NCBI RefSeq assembly: GCF_006345805.1
Contig: NC_043006.1
Location: 75,640,001-75,704,000, forward strand
Length of the DNA stretch: 64,000 nucleotides
Origin: Octopus sinensis
Taxonomy: Eukaryota
Direction: 5' to 3'
Position numbers and translations under genes: made by a program. Positions 38,853 through 50,375 of the stretch are shown here, in pieces. The notes beneath the pieces were generated by a model, which saw nothing but the letters and a program-made list of their open reading frames with translations, did not search any database and was not told the DNA's origin. The first letter of the stretch is position 1. Each line of letters begins with the position of its first letter.

Positions 38853-39035
38853 CACACACACACACGCACACACACACACACACACACAAAATATAACAAT
38901 AAACAAAAATCAGCAAAAATTCTACTTAAACTTTATCAGGCCTAGTTGAATGAGAAAAGAAATCCTTGTGATTAACAATTCAATTGAATGTTTATGGCAG
39001 AAGCAAAGTCAAATAGACACTCTTCAGAAATGTGA

Positions 39036-39055
39036 TACTACTACTACTACTGCTG

Positions 39056-39088
<33 letters not shown>

Positions 39089-39167
39089 TACTACTACTAT
39101 TACCACCACCACCACCACCACCACCATCACGACCGCCGCCACCGCCTCCACCATCACCATCACCACC

Positions 39168-39221
<54 letters not shown>

Positions 39222-39262
39222 GATGATGATGATGATGATGATGATGATAACATCAATATTGA
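39036..39262. repeat. (CTA)n-(CCA)n-(CTA)n-(TGA)n compound trinucleotide repeat
   Basis: Read directly from the sequence. Confidence 0.9.
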
Positions 39263-39385
39263 TAATAATAAGTACCAGGCTTACAAACAATAAGTCCTGG
39301 GGTCAATTTGTTCGACTATAGGCGGTGCTCCAGCATGGCTGCAGTCAAATGACTGAAACAAATAAAAGAAAAAGAATAAAAGAAT

Positions 39386-39790
39386 ACTGTTGAGTCAAGA
39401 AGAGCAGATATCATTAGAGAGTAAAAAGAAACAGTTAGTGTAAAATAATAGACTTTGCAATACCATAAGTTAAGATACTGAAGAAATTGAGAAAATTAAA
39501 TGAAAAATATAAGGACGTAGCCGTGGATATGAGACTGTCAAAAGACGAAGATGACAATTATTTCTGTGTTAATTGGCATATTTGGTATAATACCCCAGCT
39601 GCTACTTTAGAGGCAGAAATATACTGGAATTAAATCTCGCATTGTTTACTTGTAGAAAATTGTAATCCTGTATTTTGCAAGGGTCCTTAGATACATTGTG
39701 GAAATGTGAGGCAATTGTTGTCATCAGATATCAAGTAAACATCCCTGCTAGTAAAAGTTGTACGCAGTAGGTTTACAACAACAACAACAA
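39386..39790 (+). mobile_element. Degenerate R4/Dong-like endonuclease remnant
   Basis: Frameshifted VESRRADII..KIIDFAIP..EKYKDVA..ISVLIGIFGIIP..KIVILYFARVLR, ending in (ACA)n. Confidence 0.55.
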
Positions 39791-40387
39791 CACTATAAAA
39801 TGGTTTCAAATTCTTGCACAAAAGCAGCGATTTGGGTGGAGATGGGATAGGTCGTTTTTGCAGCGACCCCAGTGTACGACTGGTATTTATTTTACAAACC
39901 TCGAAGAGATGAAAATCAAAGTAGGCCTCTGTTCTTCGAAAGCAATTCGATGACCTGTTACTCATGCGTTTGAATAGGGAGAGCACACCTCCGTTGCGCT
40001 CTGTCGTAGGGAGAATTCTAGTTTCGTTGTCCTTCTTCGTACTTGCACTTGACACAGGTTTCAGCTGCTGGTTAACATCGGTTCTTTGAAATTATTAAGA
40101 TAATCAGTACAAAGTAGACGGTCATTTTCTCTCACTGGTTGACAAATAACTAAAGCGTCCACTAAATATGTTACAAACGAAGTAATTTAATTATTTTTAT
40201 TTGGTTGATTTTGTTTTGAAATTTAATTCAGTAATTCCGTGTACAGGACCCAGATGTCAAAGTTGGTGTTTTTTATTAGTGAATATAGATAACATGATAG
40301 TGTTTAGAAAGGCATCCCATACGACTAAGGAGCGTGTCCAGTTCCAGTCATTAGCATTAACGTGCTGACTTAACACTAAAGGGTTAA

Positions 40388-40608
40388 CCCTTTAGTATTT
40401 AAACTGGCCAAATCCGGCCCAATATATTCTACATGTTTTATATTTGAACTAGCCATATCTAGCCTCTCACACCTAACCTACAGTGACATTTTAAAAATAA
40501 ATATTCACATCATTGAAACCTCAAAGCTATAAGGTAATGCGTGATTAATTCAAAACAATTTAAATAAATAAGCATTACATTTAACAGAGTAATCTGAACA
40601 CTAAAGGG
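40388..40608. mobile_element. piggyBac-type non-autonomous element (221 bp)
   Basis: TTAA-CCCTTTAGT ... ACTAAAGGG-TTAA. Confidence 0.9.
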
Positions 40609-40790
40609 TTAAGCATACAAACGCACCTACTTGTGAAGGTATTTCGATAATATTGTAGCATAAAAGCGAAACATTGGATATAGGTGCACACATGTATCAT
40701 ACACACGCATTTACATATAAACATGGAAAGACACACAGACACACACAACTCTCTCTCACACACACACACAACCACACACACACACACACA

Positions 40791-40844
<54 letters not shown>

Positions 40845-41244
40845 CGTTGACAAACTCAAAAGTATACAAACACGCGCATATACACACGGGCGCCCATTTA
40901 CTACAACATTCACTGCTGAAGTGGCTCGATAATGAAAGAAGAGCCCAATCTATTGTAAAGTTCAAGTTTATTGACACTTTAAGTGTTTCACCTTCGGCTT
41001 TGCCAATTTTTTTTCAGGACATCATTCCAACTACACCCGCACCCCACCACAAAGACACGCAGAAACACAAACATACACACCCTGATACACACACATGCAC
41101 ACACATTCATACATGTACACACATATAATGATTATGTATATACATGCATATATATATAACCATGTGAGCGTATGTGTGCACATGCGCATGTTTCTCATAT
41201 GCCATAATGTACATATATACATATGTGGTTATTACATAGTTAAA

Positions 41245-41287
<43 letters not shown>

Positions 41288-41338
41288 GTGTTTTGTGAAA
41301 ATATATATATGTATGTATACATATAATATAAATATATA

Positions 41339-41386
<48 letters not shown>

Positions 41387-41483
41387 ATATGTGTGTGTGT
41401 GTGTGTGTGTAGTGTGCCCAGCATGACTAAAGTCTCAGGGCTGAGACATATGCAACAATAAAAGAACAGGTATATACGTGTAT

Positions 41484-41515
<32 letters not shown>

Positions 41516-42170
41516 TATATATATATATACATATATACGTATATCTATATCTATATCTATCTATCTATCTATCTATCTATATATGTATAAAGATATATAT
41601 ATATATGTATGTGTGGTTGTGTGTGAGTGAGTGTGTGTCTTTGTGTGTGTTTATATATATATATATGTACGTATATATATGTGGGTGTTGTAAAAGCAAA
41701 TGAATTTAAATCAAATGAAAGTGTACAATATAAATAATACATGAAATTCATTAAATGAACAGCTATACACATATAAGTTTACTTTATCAATCCTCCCTCT
41801 CACCGCAAATGAAAAAAAAAAAAACACAAAGCCAAAAGTAATCTATTCACATGATTGATGAAAACGATTCTAACGAATCTGGCAGATAAGTTTTGGCTGG
41901 GAGGGAATATCTACTGTTGTTGCAGATAATTATTTTACTTATCCTCAGGCCAGAACTACAGAAGGAAAAAAAAAAAAAAATTAAGCGCCCGAAGATATCA
42001 GATTAGATTTTTCATTTTCAGTTTCTCGAGACTTCGTTATGTGATTTCAGGAATTGATGACGTTTTCGATTTTGGGATAACAGAATGCAAATAAGCTGAC
42101 GAAGAACTAGTACAAACAATACACACAACTACATATAATTCACACGCACGCGCAAAGACAAACACACAGC

Positions 42171-42203
<33 letters not shown>

Positions 42204-42208
<5 letters not shown>

Positions 42209-42467
42209 TAGATTAGGGTATCTACGAGATACCACCATGCTGAAAATAGCAGCCATGATCTGACTTTAAAACCACCTAAATTTTCAATATATCAACACGG
42301 GAAAATTTAGGAGGGTTTTAAAGTCAGATCATGGCTGCTATTTTCAGCATGGTGGTATCTCGTATATACCCTAATTTATAATTTAATAATTATCACCTTT
42401 GAAGGTTATTTTTTCCATGCTGACCACTTGATAAAATCGTTATTTATTTTTAAATTAACGATCTTAT

Positions 42468-42471
<4 letters not shown>
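42204..42471. mobile_element. (TA)n-flanked fold-back element, ~82-bp arms with a 15-nt spacer plus unique tail
   Basis: 42204-42285 is the near-perfect reverse complement of 42301-42382. Confidence 0.85.
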
Positions 42472-42538
<67 letters not shown>

Positions 42539-42543
42539 TTATA

Positions 42544-42602
<59 letters not shown>

Positions 42603-42885
42603 AACAATTGAGGGTAAAATTAATTAGTTATTAATCAATTTCACCAAAGTAGTGTCCAGTATGTAAAAGGACCATTTAAGGCGAATTCAAAATATTACAT
42701 TATATAATTAGGGCTTAGTAAAATAAATTACTTTGCCACATACTGAACTTTCTAGAAATAGCAGCCAAAAGTTTTTTAGCCATTTCCACTACTTTAAGAA
42801 AATTTCTCTCAGATAATGTTTACTCAAAAATAACTCACGAAGATATGGAGGTAAAACAGTAAAATATCACAAGTACAAAGATCAT

Positions 42886-42947
42886 TTGAGAACGTCAACG
42901 TTTCTAGATTAGCCAAATAAAACTCAGCATTTCCTTCGTCAGCTCAA
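42886..42947 (-). ncRNA. Type I hammerhead motif (inverted copy)
   Basis: Reverse complement of 43503-43564. Confidence 0.75.
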
Positions 42948-43502
42948 CATTTCTTAATTTTGGATTTGAAAGCACTAAAAGAATGAACATACCCCTCCGG
43001 CAACGTATCACCTCAGACGAACACGCTCAGACTGCCAGTACTAGCAAATTCAAAATGTACAAGCGAAGATTCATGTTCTCTCCCCTAAGTAGTGGAAATG
43101 GCTAAAAAACTTTTTGGCTGCTATTTCTAGAAAGTTCAGTATGTGGCAAAGTAATTTATTTTACTAAGCCCTAATTATATAATGTAATATTTTGAATTCG
43201 CCTTAAATGGTCCTTTTACATACTGAACACTACTTTGGTGAAATTGATTAATAACTAATTAATTTTACCCTCAATTGTTGATATTATAATTCCTTTCTCT
43301 CTGTTCTATTGCTACGGTTCTCACCGTTAAAATATATGTTTACTAGATAACTCACGTGGGTGGAAGGGGAGAGAACATGAATCTTCGCTTGTACATTTTG
43401 AATTTGCTAGTACTGGCAGTCTGAGCGTGTTTCTTGAGGTGATACGTTGCCGGAGGGGTATGTTCATTCTTTTAGTGCTTTCAAATCCAAAATTAAGAAA
43501 TG

Positions 43503-43564
43503 TTGAGCTGACGAAGGAAATGCTGAGTTTTATTTGGCTAATCTAGAAACGTTGACGTTCTCAA
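43503..43564 (+). ncRNA. Type I hammerhead ribozyme motif
   Basis: UUGAG-CUGACGA-[AGGAAAUGCUGAG UUUUA UUUGGCUAAUCUA]-GAAACG-UUGA-CGUU-CUCAA. Confidence 0.75.
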
Positions 43565-43793
43565 TGATCTTTGTACTTGTGATATTTTACTGTTTTTACC
43601 TCCATATCTTCGTGAGTTATTTTTGAGTAACATATCTGAGAGAAATTTTCTTAAAGTAGTGGAAATGGCTAAAAAACTTTTTGCTGCTATTTCTAGAAAG
43701 TTCAGTATGTGGCAAAGTAATTTATTTTACTAAGCCCTAAATTTATATATATGTAATATTTTGTATATATAATATATATATATATATATATAC

Positions 43794-44418
43794 ATGATGC
43801 ATCCTTCCATGTGCATGTTGATAAGTTGGCAATGAAATGCAGGAGGCTGACCGAATGGAGTCTTAGAACCTTTAGAACGAGAGATCAGGAATCCATGATG
43901 GTCCCCTGGAGGACACTTGTTCTAAGCCGCTTTGACTATTGCTTCCACCTATGGCCACCAACCAGTGTAAAATTAATTACAGAACTTGAGGCAATCCAAC
44001 GAAGCTACACGAAGAGGATAGCCTCTATGCAGCATATAGCTACTGGGAATGACTCAAGAGATTACGATTCTATTCCTTAGAGCGTAGGCGGGAAAGATAT
44101 GCCATAATGTACACCTGGAAGACCCTAGAGGGACTTGTCCCAAACATTGGCATCGAGAACTACATTAATGCTAGAACAGGGCGCCACTGCATAGTTCCCA
44201 AAACTCCAAATTTACCATCAGGTGTAGGACAAGATATTGTAACAGCCTGAGCTTTAAAGGCCCACAGCTCTTCGATATCTCCTGAAGGACTTGAGAGACC
44301 TGTTACTGTCAAGTGTCCCAGATGAACCAACTCTGCAGCAGGAAGTGCAGATGAGCGCAGCGGCATCAAACTCCCTCATGCACCCAAACGTCAATTTCTA
44401 AAAAGAATTAGTGAAGTA
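43794..44418 (+). mobile_element. CR1-group LINE 3' fragment (same family as 23228)
   Basis: KCRRLTEWSLRTFRTRDQESMMVPWRTLVLSRFDYC..ELEAIQRSYTK, with frameshifts. Confidence 0.9.
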
Positions 44419-45047
44419 AAATTTATATTTATATATACATGGATACGCGGAGTAGATAAAAGAGGGGACAACTGATGGAAGGAATGTTCTTTATGTTGCA
44501 TGTCTCATTTCTCATTCTGTCCACGTTTCTAATCCTGTCCACGCTTTTTATGTCCTGAACCCATATATGCATCAATATATGCATATATTTATATATTATT
44601 TATATATTTATTAATCATATAAGATTTTTAGAGTATATTTAATAATTAGTGGCTTTTAATCATTTAAATTATTCAATTTATTCTGTATTAAGTATTATTT
44701 ATAATAGTTATTTTATTAATAAATCTTATTGTATAGAGTGATGTTATTCTTTATTTGTGACTTCATTCTATTTACACTTATTAATAAACCATTACTGTTC
44801 TCATTCACAATCTTCATTGATAAAGCGTATTTGTTCCTCACGCTTAATGAATTCTTCAACAATTTATTCTTTTTTTGCTAATAACGTAATTCCACGAGTA
44901 TTCTTATAAACGCTGTAAAGACGTTTTCCGATTCAAAATTTTAGTTCATTACAAAACCTCGCTAAGATAAGTATTTATTTATATTTAAGATCTTTAAATT
45001 GTAAATTTTAATATTTTATAAGTCTTTGGTGTAATAATATTTTTCTT

Positions 45048-45572
45048 ATGTCAATCACAAAAAGGATAGATGGCATGACAGGCCTCGACTATTGGGGTCG
45101 ACAAGAAAAGCTAAAACTTTATTCTCTCCAATGTCGCCGTGAGGGCTACATCATCTGCATGATGTGGAAAATATTCCCTCAGCATTGCCCAAATGATGTT
45201 GGCATCACCTTTAAGGTACTTCCAAGGCTTGGGCCCCGTGCCATCCGCCCACAACAAAAATCGCACTCTCATCTCATAACAACAATACGGCACAATTATT
45301 TCACCTCAATTGGCCACGCTCTCTTTAACATTACACCAAAACACATTAAAACAGAAACAGACCCTATAGGGTTCAAGAAGTCTTTGGACAGATTCCTTCA
45401 AGAAATCCCGGATAAACCTCCTACACCAGGATATGTCTCTGTAAACAATAACTCTCTACTTGAGTGGGCTATAGTGCCCAAATTCTGACTTGAAAGACTT
45501 CACCAGGTGGTGCTATTAAGTTAGACATGGCCTGGGTCAATAATGGCCGAAACCTATCAAAGTATCAAAGTA
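45048..45572 (+). mobile_element. Second CR1-group LINE family, 3' end with (TATCAAAG)n tail
   Basis: GLDYWGRQEKLKLYSLQCRREGY..LFNITPK..FKKSLDRFLQEIPDKP, with the 3' end GAAACCTATCAAAGTATCAAAG. Confidence 0.9.
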
Positions 45573-45609
45573 TATATAATATACATATATATATATATAT
45601 TTTTTTTTT

Positions 45610-45762
45610 TCTCTCTCTGTGCTTTCTGTTGAAGAGCGTAGGCTCGAAACGTTAAAGAATTTGTTTTTATTTATTATTCTGAGCGCCATACTAATACAAT
45701 TGTTCGTTTGTTTTCCACCTGCCTTCGTCTTTTGTTTTTTATTTTCATAAAGCTTCCCGTTA
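45610..45762 (+). mobile_element. Solo Penelope 3' terminus with CUGUUGA hammerhead (45622-45657), same family as 28592-28745
   Basis: Near-identical reverse complement of 28592-28745, flanked by (TA)n. Confidence 0.85.
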
Positions 45763-45996
45763 TATATATATATATATACACTCAAACGCACATATGTAGG
45801 ATGTATGCATATATATATATATATGTACACACACTCAAACGCACATATGTAGGTGTGTATGTATATATGTGTATGCGCATATGCATATATGTGAGCCATA
45901 CTAATCTACATTATTATACCTATATATACGTATCTAACTGCATATAAATGTATGCACACACACAGTCACACACACACGTACATACATACATATATA

Positions 45997-46289
45997 TCAC
46001 GTGATCACGTGACCGACCAGACCATCAGATGTTGCTACACATCGCTGGTCACAATGCGTTCGCATTGTTTTAGCCTTCGAACGACGCCACCCCGTTGGCT
46101 AAGCGAGCAGGCCAACAGAAGAAAGAGTGGTGAAAGAGGACAGCAGGGATCACCCCCCCCCGCCGGAGCCTCGTGGGGCTCTTAGGTGTTTTCGCTCAAT
46201 AAACACACACAACGCCGGGTCTGGGAATCGAAACCGCGATCCTCCGACCGCGTGTCCACTGTCCTAACCCCTGGGCCATTGCGCCTTCA
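45997..46289 (-). mobile_element. SINE family C (head GGCGCAATGGCCCAG.GGTTAGG), tail type 1
   Basis: tRNA A/B-box-like head, with the tail ending GGTCGGTCACGTGATCACGTGAT. Confidence 0.85.
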
Positions 46290-46295
46290 CACATG

Positions 46296-46326
<31 letters not shown>

Positions 46327-46878
46327 AATTAATAAATAAATAAAACATATCCATATATACATATATGTACGTACCTACCTCTACATGTATATATACATGC
46401 ATATATGGGTACAGGACACCAAAAAAACTTCGAACACAATGAGAAACGAAAACATAAACACAAAACCAAGGAAATGGACATTTTTTTTAAAACAACGAGT
46501 ACAGGACATACAAAACAAGGACAATTCCCCTTCTTCAGTCGCCTTAATTTCATCTACTCCATGTTTCGAAGGTCCCGCGAAAATCAAATTAAATACAATT
46601 TGAGATTTTTTTGCGGATGGTAACAAAAACAGGACAGTAACGACAGTACAAAATATAAACAGTAAAAGACAGGACAGAGAATAACAGTAACACAAACAAG
46701 AAGGGCTATTAAGCCAAACGAGATAAAAAAAATTTACGAACGCTATTGTTTGAGGACGGTAGAGAGAACAGATTACCGTCTCTACTTGACGGAGTCCAGG
46801 AGAAGAAAGACAGAAATAGCCATCTCATCACGTGACCGCGACGGGAGGGAGGAGGAGGAGTAAGAGAAAGGGAGAGAA

Positions 46879-46930
<52 letters not shown>

Positions 46931-46999
46931 ATGGGAGAGACTATATATATAATTTTTTTTTCTCCGTCTTCCCTTCCTTGGACGTTTCCTATTTCTATG

Positions 47000-47032
47000 T
47001 TTCTGACGAAGAGGTCCACTCGAAACGTTAAA
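47000..47032 (+). ncRNA. Minimal hammerhead motif, ~95 nt upstream of (TA)n
   Basis: UUU-CUGACGA-A-GAG-GUCCA-CUC-GAAAC-GUU-AAA. Confidence 0.7.
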
Positions 47033-47123
47033 TCCTCCTTCTTTCTTCCTTCCTGAGCGTCCAATAACACAACCTGTTCCACGTCCTCGCATTGTTGTGT
47101 TTTCTCTTTGTTCATATTTGGAT

Positions 47124-47186
<63 letters not shown>

Positions 47187-47784
47187 CATATACACACACA
47201 TTATACTATATATTTCGTCGTTTATGTCAGTTTTTTAAGCTTCGAATGATGTATTCGTGTTGAAAATATTTGTTTTCTTTTTGTGGACATCATCGTTCTT
47301 GACTTCGTTTCATAAAATACCATCGCCCCCCAACAGGATAATATAAAAATTAAATGTGCTTTTTATTGTCCTTAATAATTGAATTGACATTACAAATTAA
47401 TTAATTTGTGTTTATTGAGAAAACACCTACTCAGGTTTAGTACAATGTAAGAAAACTCTACGGTTTTGTAACTGCTAACAGTGCTGCTACTGGTGCTGCT
47501 GCTCTTGATGTTTAATAACGATGGTGATGGGGAAGAAATAAATTTTTTTTTTATATGTACTCAAATTTCTGATGTCCTATCTAAAAATTATAGAATGATT
47601 TGTTAATGTATATATGTATGCATGAGAGTGTATGTGTGTATGTGCGCGTGTGCGTGTTTGTGTGCGTGTGTGTGTTTGTGTGTATGTGTATTTGTATGTG
47701 CGTGCAAATGATTTTTGAATATGATACACGCACAGTCACCTGCACACACACATATGTATACACACACAAATATATATGTTCATA

Positions 47785-48609
47785 CAGAGTGCGATGGGTA
47801 AATTTTCGCCAATTTATAGTTTAATTTATCGCATGCGCCTTGGTTGTTTTTGATTTTGTCGACTACGCAGTATGGTGGATCAGTTGGGCACTGTCTGTGT
47901 GAAAAGTAGCACCAAGATGCAAACTGCTCAACCAGAAATTTGAAAACAACACGCTGCACTGCTTGGCATTCGTGCCGAAGACTCCAATACGAACAGTGTT
48001 TGGGTGTCAATCTGGGGACAGTGCAATCTGTGGACATGTACCGAGAGTGATAATAATCAAACAACCAGTCAACATCAAGGTGTTTGTAGTGATCATCAAT
48101 GATGACGACGGTATGCCTCTATTCATCTTCTCACACGGCCTAGGTAAAGAAGATGACTGCTGGAAGACCTATATCTGGCAACAGGGCTCTGCACCATGCC
48201 ACACAAGCAGGAGAATCCTTTCATGGCTGTCAGGCAATTTCTGTGACCACGCCACCCCTAACATCTAGCCACCTAACTTCTCAGACTGCAACCCCCTTGA
48301 TTACTATGTGTGGAACACAGTTGAAGGAGAGTCCATCAAAACTCCTTGTAACACCCAAGATGAACAGAAGGCAAAGATTATGGCAGCATTCAGCGACTTA
48401 AACGAAGAGATCGTCCGGAAGAGTTGCAGGAGATCCCGAAGTCGTCTGGAGGTCGTAGTGGAAGCCAATGGCGATTTTATTGAGTAAAGTTACTGTTTAG
48501 TATTTCAACATATTCTTATGTAATTTTGGCCAATATAACTTTTAAAATGAGATGTCAGTGTTATTTTCCTTTTTCCGCAATTTAGACGACGATATATTCA
48601 TCGCACCCC
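47785..48609 (+). mobile_element. Internally deleted DD37D (maT-type) Tc1/mariner element
   Basis: Degenerate TIRs CAGAGTGCGATGGGTAAAT / ATATATTCATCGCACCCC. WQQ(G)SAPCHTS..I*PPNFSDCNPLDYYVW gives 37 residues between the second (mutated) and third catalytic positions. Confidence 0.8.
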
Positions 48610-48642
48610 CCTCTCTCTCTCCCTATATATATATATATATAT

Positions 48643-48679
<37 letters not shown>

Positions 48680-48681
48680 AT

Positions 48682-49062
48682 GGAGGCGCAATGGCCCAGT
48701 GGTTAGGGCAGCGGGCTCGCGGTCATAGGATCATGGTTTCGTTCCCAGACCGGGCGTTGTGAGTGTTTATTGAGCGAAAACACCTAAAGCTCCACGAGGC
48801 TCCGGCAGGAGATGGTGGTGATCCATGCTGTACTCTTTCACCACAACTTTCTCTCACTCTTACTTCCTGTTTCTGTTGTACCTGTATTTCAAAGGGCCGG
48901 CCTTGTCACTCTCTGTGTCACGTTGAATATCCCCGAGAACTACATTAAGGGTACACGTGTCTGTGGAGTGCTCAGCCACTTACACGTTAATTTCACGAGC
49001 AGGCTGCTCCGTTGATTCGGATCAACCGGAATCCTCGTCGTCGTAACCGACGGAGTACTTCC
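48682..49062 (+). mobile_element. SINE family C, tail type 2
   Basis: Head GGAGGCGCAATGGCCCAGTGGTTAGGGCAG and tail CCTCGTCGTCGTAACCGACGGAGT. Confidence 0.9.
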
Positions 49063-49066
49063 ATAT

Positions 49067-49108
<42 letters not shown>

Positions 49109-49109
<1 letters not shown>

Positions 49110-50375
49110 GAGGGGCGTTCAATAAGTAATGCCCCTGACCCACTTCCCATAGCAGTAGCGCAACGAAACTTGGCACAGTTATTAGTCTTTTTCTACATAG
49201 GAACCACCCATAGTTACGCATTTCTGCCATCGTTTGATGCAGCGCTGGAGACCGTTTTTGTAGAAGACCCCAGCTTTGTCCTCCAACCACGACGTGACTT
49301 TAGAAATCAAGGCTGCATCATCTGTGAAATGCTTTCCTTTCAAAAAAAACTCCATGGCTGGGAAGAGGTGAAAATCAGAGGGTGCAAGGTCAGGAGCGTA
49401 GGGGGATGGGGGAGGAGTTCATAGCAGCACGCCTGTGCTTCTGATCTGGCGACACGCGAGTTGTGGACCAGAGCGTTGTCCTGCAGGAGAAGGATGCCTT
49501 TGCTGATCTTGCCCCACCTCTTGATTTTGATAGCTTCTCATAATTTCCTCAAAAGTGAAGCATAATAGGCTCCTGTAATTGTGGTACCCTTTGCCAGGAA
49601 ATCTGTCATCACTACTCCGTCCTGGTCCCAGAAGACTGTGAGCATGACCTTGACAGCGGAGGGCTGCACCCTTGCTTTCTTTGGAGGAGGTGAGTCACGG
49701 TGCTTCCACTGCATTGACTGGGCTTTGGTCTCTGAATCATAGTGATGGACCCAGGTTTCATCCTGTGTAATCAGTCTTTTGAAAACTTTTGACTCATCTT
49801 CTTGGCACATCTCCAAATTCATCCTCGAGCACTCGACGCGTTCTTGCTTCTGGAAAGGCGTGAGCAGCCTGGGAATCCATCTCGCAGATGCCTTTTGCAT
49901 ATGCAAATGGTCATGAATGATAGTTTCCACAGACCCGGTACTAATCTTGACCTCATGGGCTATTTGGCGAATAGTTATGCATCGATCTTCCAAAATGGCA
50001 GCCTCAACTTGACGGACAGATGCCTCATCAATGGCAGAAGGGGGTGACCAGATCTGGGAGCTGTTTCCACAGAATTCCGACCATGTTTGAATTCACGATG
50101 CCAGCGTTTTACAAGGTCATATGATGGGGCATCATCACCATAAGTTACTTTCATTTCATCAAAAGTCTCCTGTGGTGTGCGTCCTTTCAAATACAAAAAC
50201 CGGATCACTGCTCGACACTCAACAGGCTCCATTTCACACTTGACTCAGTTCAAACATCTGTAAATCAGAAACCACAATTAGCTCAGAGCTGTAATCTGCC
50301 ACTTAATCTATAGAGATATAAATAATTGCACATGCAATTTCAGCTAGATCAAACCACTGCAAGTGGGTCAGAGGC
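49109..50375 (-). mobile_element. Mariner (DD34D) transposon, near full length, 5' TIR partly lost
   Basis: TA-CGAGGGGCGTTCAATAAGTAATGCCCCTGACCCACTT at one end. Only AAGTGGGTCAGAGGC remains at the other. Confidence 0.92.
49182..50232 (-). pseudogene. Mariner transposase with 2 frameshifts and 1 stop
   Basis: Motifs WIPRLL, TQDETW, QDNA-x-PYAPDLAPSDFHLF (D34D) and C-terminal YVEKD*. Breaks at ~50040, 49538-49540 and ~49400. Confidence 0.92.

Larger units (their letters stand above)
42601..43762 (+). mobile_element. Non-coding hammerhead element: 567-bp tandem monomer preceded by an inverted 486-bp partial copy, in (TA)n
   Basis: AAGTAGTGGAAATGGCT recurs at 43087 and 43654. 42601-43086 is the reverse complement of the monomer read across its tandem junction. 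Confidence 0.9.

Noticed and set aside
44468-46545. CTGATGGA (44472) and CTGAAGA (minus, ~46532) half-cores in a TA-associated repeat family (tail also at ~26400)
   Set aside because: A hairpin follows but there is no GAAA or stem III, so these are not called ribozymes.
48682-48755. tRNA-like sequences with A and B boxes (also in the other SINE heads)
   Set aside because: They continue directly into SINE bodies and lack a complete cloverleaf and terminator, so they are SINE heads, not tRNA genes.
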